Shown here: in pieces, positions 18,093 through 20,000 of the stretch
How the letters are laid out: every line of letters begins with the position of its first letter
Position numbering within the stretch: position 1 is the stretch's first letter
DNA from: an uncultured virus (IMG/VR IMGVR_UViG_3300038312_000089)
Taxonomy: Duplodnaviria > Heunggongvirae > Uroviricota > Caudoviricetes
Reading direction: 5' to 3' (one strand)
DNA length: 20,000 nt
IMG/VR virus record: IMGVR_UViG_3300038312_000089
The notes under the pieces: model-generated
Seen by the model: only the letters and a program-made list of their open reading frames with translations
Database searches by the model: none
What the model was told of the DNA's origin: nothing
Translations under genes and position numbers: made by a program

Positions 18093-18181
18093 AGCAAGAA
18101 GTCAGACGCGGTAGAAAATTTGTAGAATACCACCTCGGCATCGGCTGGGGCGGCATAGGGTATAGAAACGAGGCAAAATGA
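18089..18181 (+). CDS. 30-aa mini-ORF (MKQEVRRGRKFVEYHLGIGWGGIGYRNEAK), possibly a gene remnant
   Basis: RBS GGAGG at 18079-18083. ATGA overlaps with both the lysin stop and the next start codon. Confidence 0.55.
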   Translation: MKQEVRRGRKFVEYHLGIGWGGIGYRNEAK

Positions 18182-18393
18182 TAACAGTAAAAGTGACGAA
18201 TTGCACGATTGTTGAAAGCGAGATGGTTGTATCGTGCCAGACAACCAACACGGCGCACCCGAATATTACGCTTGAATTTTCAACCAAACACGGCTGCGGG
18301 CAAACGCTGGAAGGCGTGCAGAGTGAGATTGACGGCGGCGCAAAACTGTTGTGGATTGCGTACGCAAAACCGCAATGGAACGTTGTAGCGTAA
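18178..18393 (+). CDS. Hypothetical protein (71 aa)
   Basis: GAGG upstream, same strand as its neighbours, fills the gap before the propeller gene. Confidence 0.65.
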   Translation: MITVKVTNCTIVESEMVVSCQTTNTAHPNITLEFSTKHGCGQTLEGVQSEIDGGAKLLWIAYAKPQWNVVA

Positions 18394-18404
18394 GGTAGGC
18401 TATT

Positions 18405-19415
18405 ATGGCTCATACTTGGTCGGAAGTACAGCCTGCTGGAATTGCGGATAAGAGTTGGCAAACCTCCGCAATGTCTTCTAACGGGTCAAAGATTATCGCT
18501 GGCATTAACGGTGGTCGGCTTTACTTGTCCACTAATTCAGGTACAAATTGGTCGGAAGTCCAACCTGCTGGTGATGCGGATAAGATTTGGCAAACCTCCG
18601 CAATGTCAAGTGATGGGTCTGTTATTCTGGCTGGCGTTAATGGTGGTCGGATTTATCTCTCAACCAACTCAGGCACATCTTGGTCGGAAGTCAAACCCGC
18701 TGGAGACGCGAATAAGAGTTGGTATACCTCCGCAATGTCGGATGACGGCTCGGTCATTCTGGCTGGCATAAATGACTCCACCAATGGTCGGCTCTACTTA
18801 TCCACTAACTCAGGCACAAACTGGTCGGAAGTACGACCTGCTGGGGACGCGAATAAGTATTGGCGCACCTCGTCAATGTCAAGTGATGGGTCGGTTATTA
18901 TCGCTGGCGTTTACAATGGTCGCCTCTACTTATCCACTAACTCCGGTTCGTCTTGGTCGGAAGTCCAACCTGCTGGAAACGCGAATATGAGGTGGCGTAC
19001 CTCCGCAATGTCTTCTAACGGGTCAAAGATTATCGCTGGCGTGTATAGCACCACCAATGGTCGTCTTTATTTGTCCACCAATTCAGGCACAAACTGGTCG
19101 GAAGTACAACCCGCTGGAGTCGCGGATAAGAATTGGTACGTCTCGTCAATGTCGAGCGACGGGTCAAAGATAATCGCTGGCGTTTACGGTGGTCGGCTCT
19201 ACTTATCCACCAATTCAGGCACAAATTGGTCGGAAGTCCAACCTGCTGGAAACGCGGATAAGGGTTGGTCTACCTCCGCAATGTCGGATGACGGGTCAAA
19301 GATTATCGCTGGCGTTTACGGTGGTCGGCTGTATCTCGGCACGGAAGCAGGGGGTGGCGACCCATCATCCATCATCAACCATATTATGCACTATCGAAGA
19401 CTAATGAGCAGATAG
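18405..19415 (+). CDS. Seven-repeat beta-propeller protein (BNR/Asp-box-like), putative adhesin/receptor-binding protein
   Basis: Seven 44/47-aa repeats WSEVxPAGxA(D/N)xxWxxSxMSxxGSxIxAGxxxGR(L/I)YLSTNSGxx, with Asp-box-like STNSGxxW. No signal peptide. Confidence 0.88.
   Translation: MAHTWSEVQPAGIADKSWQTSAMSSNGSKIIAGINGGRLYLSTNSGTNWSEVQPAGDADKIWQTSAMSSDGSVILAGVNGGRIYLSTNSGTSWSEVKPAGDANKSWYTSAMSDDGSVILAGINDSTNGRLYLSTNSGTNWSEVRPAGDANKYWRTSSMSSDGSVIIAGVYNGRLYLSTNSGSSWSEVQPAGNANMRWRTSAMSSNGSKIIAGVYSTTNGRLYLSTNSGTNWSEVQPAGVADKNWYVSSMSSDGSKIIAGVYGGRLYLSTNSGTNWSEVQPAGNADKGWSTSAMSDDGSKIIAGVYGGRLYLGTEAGGGDPSSIINHIMHYRRLMSR
18417..19337 (+). repeat. Seven intragenic tandem repeats of 132/141 bp
   Basis: Each unit begins with the invariant TGGTCGGAAGT, at 18417, 18549, 18681, 18822, 18954, 19095 and 19227. 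Spacings are 132, 132, 141, 132, 141, 132. Confidence 0.97.
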
Positions 19416-19424
19416 GGAGTTACT

Positions 19425-20000
19425 ATGAACATTCTCAAACAATCAACAGCGGCAACAATCAAGCTTGGACCCTTCGTGGATGACACGGACGGCAAGACAG
19501 CAGAGACCGCTCTCACAATCGGGCAAGCGGATATCCGTCTCAGTAAAAATGGCGGTGACATCGCGCAATCCCATAACACAGCGGGCGCAACCCACGACGA
19601 GTTGGGCTACTATGATATCCCGCTCGACACGACCGACACGGGCACGCTTGGCAGGTTGCGGGTGCTGGTCAGCAAGGCGGGCGCATTGCCAGTGTGGCAG
19701 GACTTTTTGATTGTGACCGCGAATGTGTTCGACACCTTCTGCTCTACTGGCAGCTTGAACGTCAACGCGGCAAGCCTCTCGACCGATGTTATCACCGCCG
19801 CAAGTGTGAAAGCCGATGCGGTCACGAAAATCCAGAGCGGACTGGCAACGCCAACGAATATCACCGCTGGCACTATCACGACTGTGACCAACCTTACTAA
19901 CCTACCAACAATGCCAACCGACTGGGTAACGGCTGCAGGCTTGAAAGCTGATGCTGTTACTGAGATTCAAAGTGGGCTTGCTACGGCTGCGGCGCTTGAC
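19425..20000 (+). CDS. Putative virion structural/fibre protein, 3'-truncated by the window edge (not in the ORF track)
   Basis: RBS GGGAG at 19415-19419, ATG at 19425, no stop to the window end: MNILKQSTAATIKLGPFVDDTDGKTAETALTIGQADIRLSKNGG...HDELGYYDIPLDTTDTGTLGRL...GALPVWQDF..., then Thr/Ala-rich repeats (KADAVT(K/E)IQSGLAT twice). Confidence 0.85.
   Translation, partial: MNILKQSTAATIKLGPFVDDTDGKTAETALTIGQADIRLSKNGGDIAQSHNTAGATHDELGYYDIPLDTTDTGTLGRLRVLVSKAGALPVWQDFLIVTANVFDTFCSTGSLNVNAASLSTDVITAASVKADAVTKIQSGLATPTNITAGTITTVTNLTNLPTMPTDWVTAAGLKADAVTEIQSGLATAAALD

Larger units (their letters stand above)
1..20000 (+). mobile_element. Phage/prophage packaging, head, tail and lysis region (siphovirus-like, probably cos-type); both ends lie outside the window
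   Basis: Uninterrupted + strand run of overlapping or abutting phage structural genes in canonical order (HNH-TerS-TerL-portal-protease-capsid-connectors-MTP-chaperones-TMP-tail tip-lysin). No tail sheath gene is present. Confidence 0.97.

Noticed and set aside
18102..18461. 119-aa minus-strand ORF and other short alternative-frame ORFs in 18070-19900
   Set aside because: They overlap the coupled + strand ORFs. Open alternative frames are expected in repetitive coding DNA.
18417..19337. Regularly spaced repeats as a possible CRISPR array
   Set aside because: Units are 132/141 bp (multiples of 3), similar along their whole length and translated in one open frame. There are no unique spacers and no cas genes.
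1..20000. Reverse transcriptase, integrase/invertase, tRNA or defence genes
   Set aside because: No supporting motifs were seen in any frame, so any diversification machinery would have to lie outside the window.

Overview
The whole window is one + strand operon-like late region of a long-tailed (siphovirus-like) dsDNA phage or prophage. The order is: two membrane proteins (holin-like), HNH endonuclease, putative cos region, small and large terminase, HK97-type portal, ClpP-type prohead protease, a short scaffold-like ORF, a P22-coat-like major capsid protein, head-tail connectors, major tail protein, tail chaperone G/GT with a -1 frameshift site, tape measure, Dit-like, Tal/hub-like and tail fibre proteins, and a GH25 + C39-like endolysin. 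A second structural cassette follows the lysin: a 30-aa coupled mini-ORF, a 71-aa ORF, a seven-repeat beta-propeller gene and a fibre-like ORF running off the window. The most striking element is the propeller gene. Its seven near-identical DNA repeats are mosaics of one another, and variation is concentrated at a few NNY-biased codons, which suggests a diversifying receptor-binding module. No reverse transcriptase, integrase, CRISPR array or RNA gene is visible. Motifs hint at a Chloroflexota (Anaerolineae-like) host, but this is inference. All family assignments come from motif recognition, not database searches.
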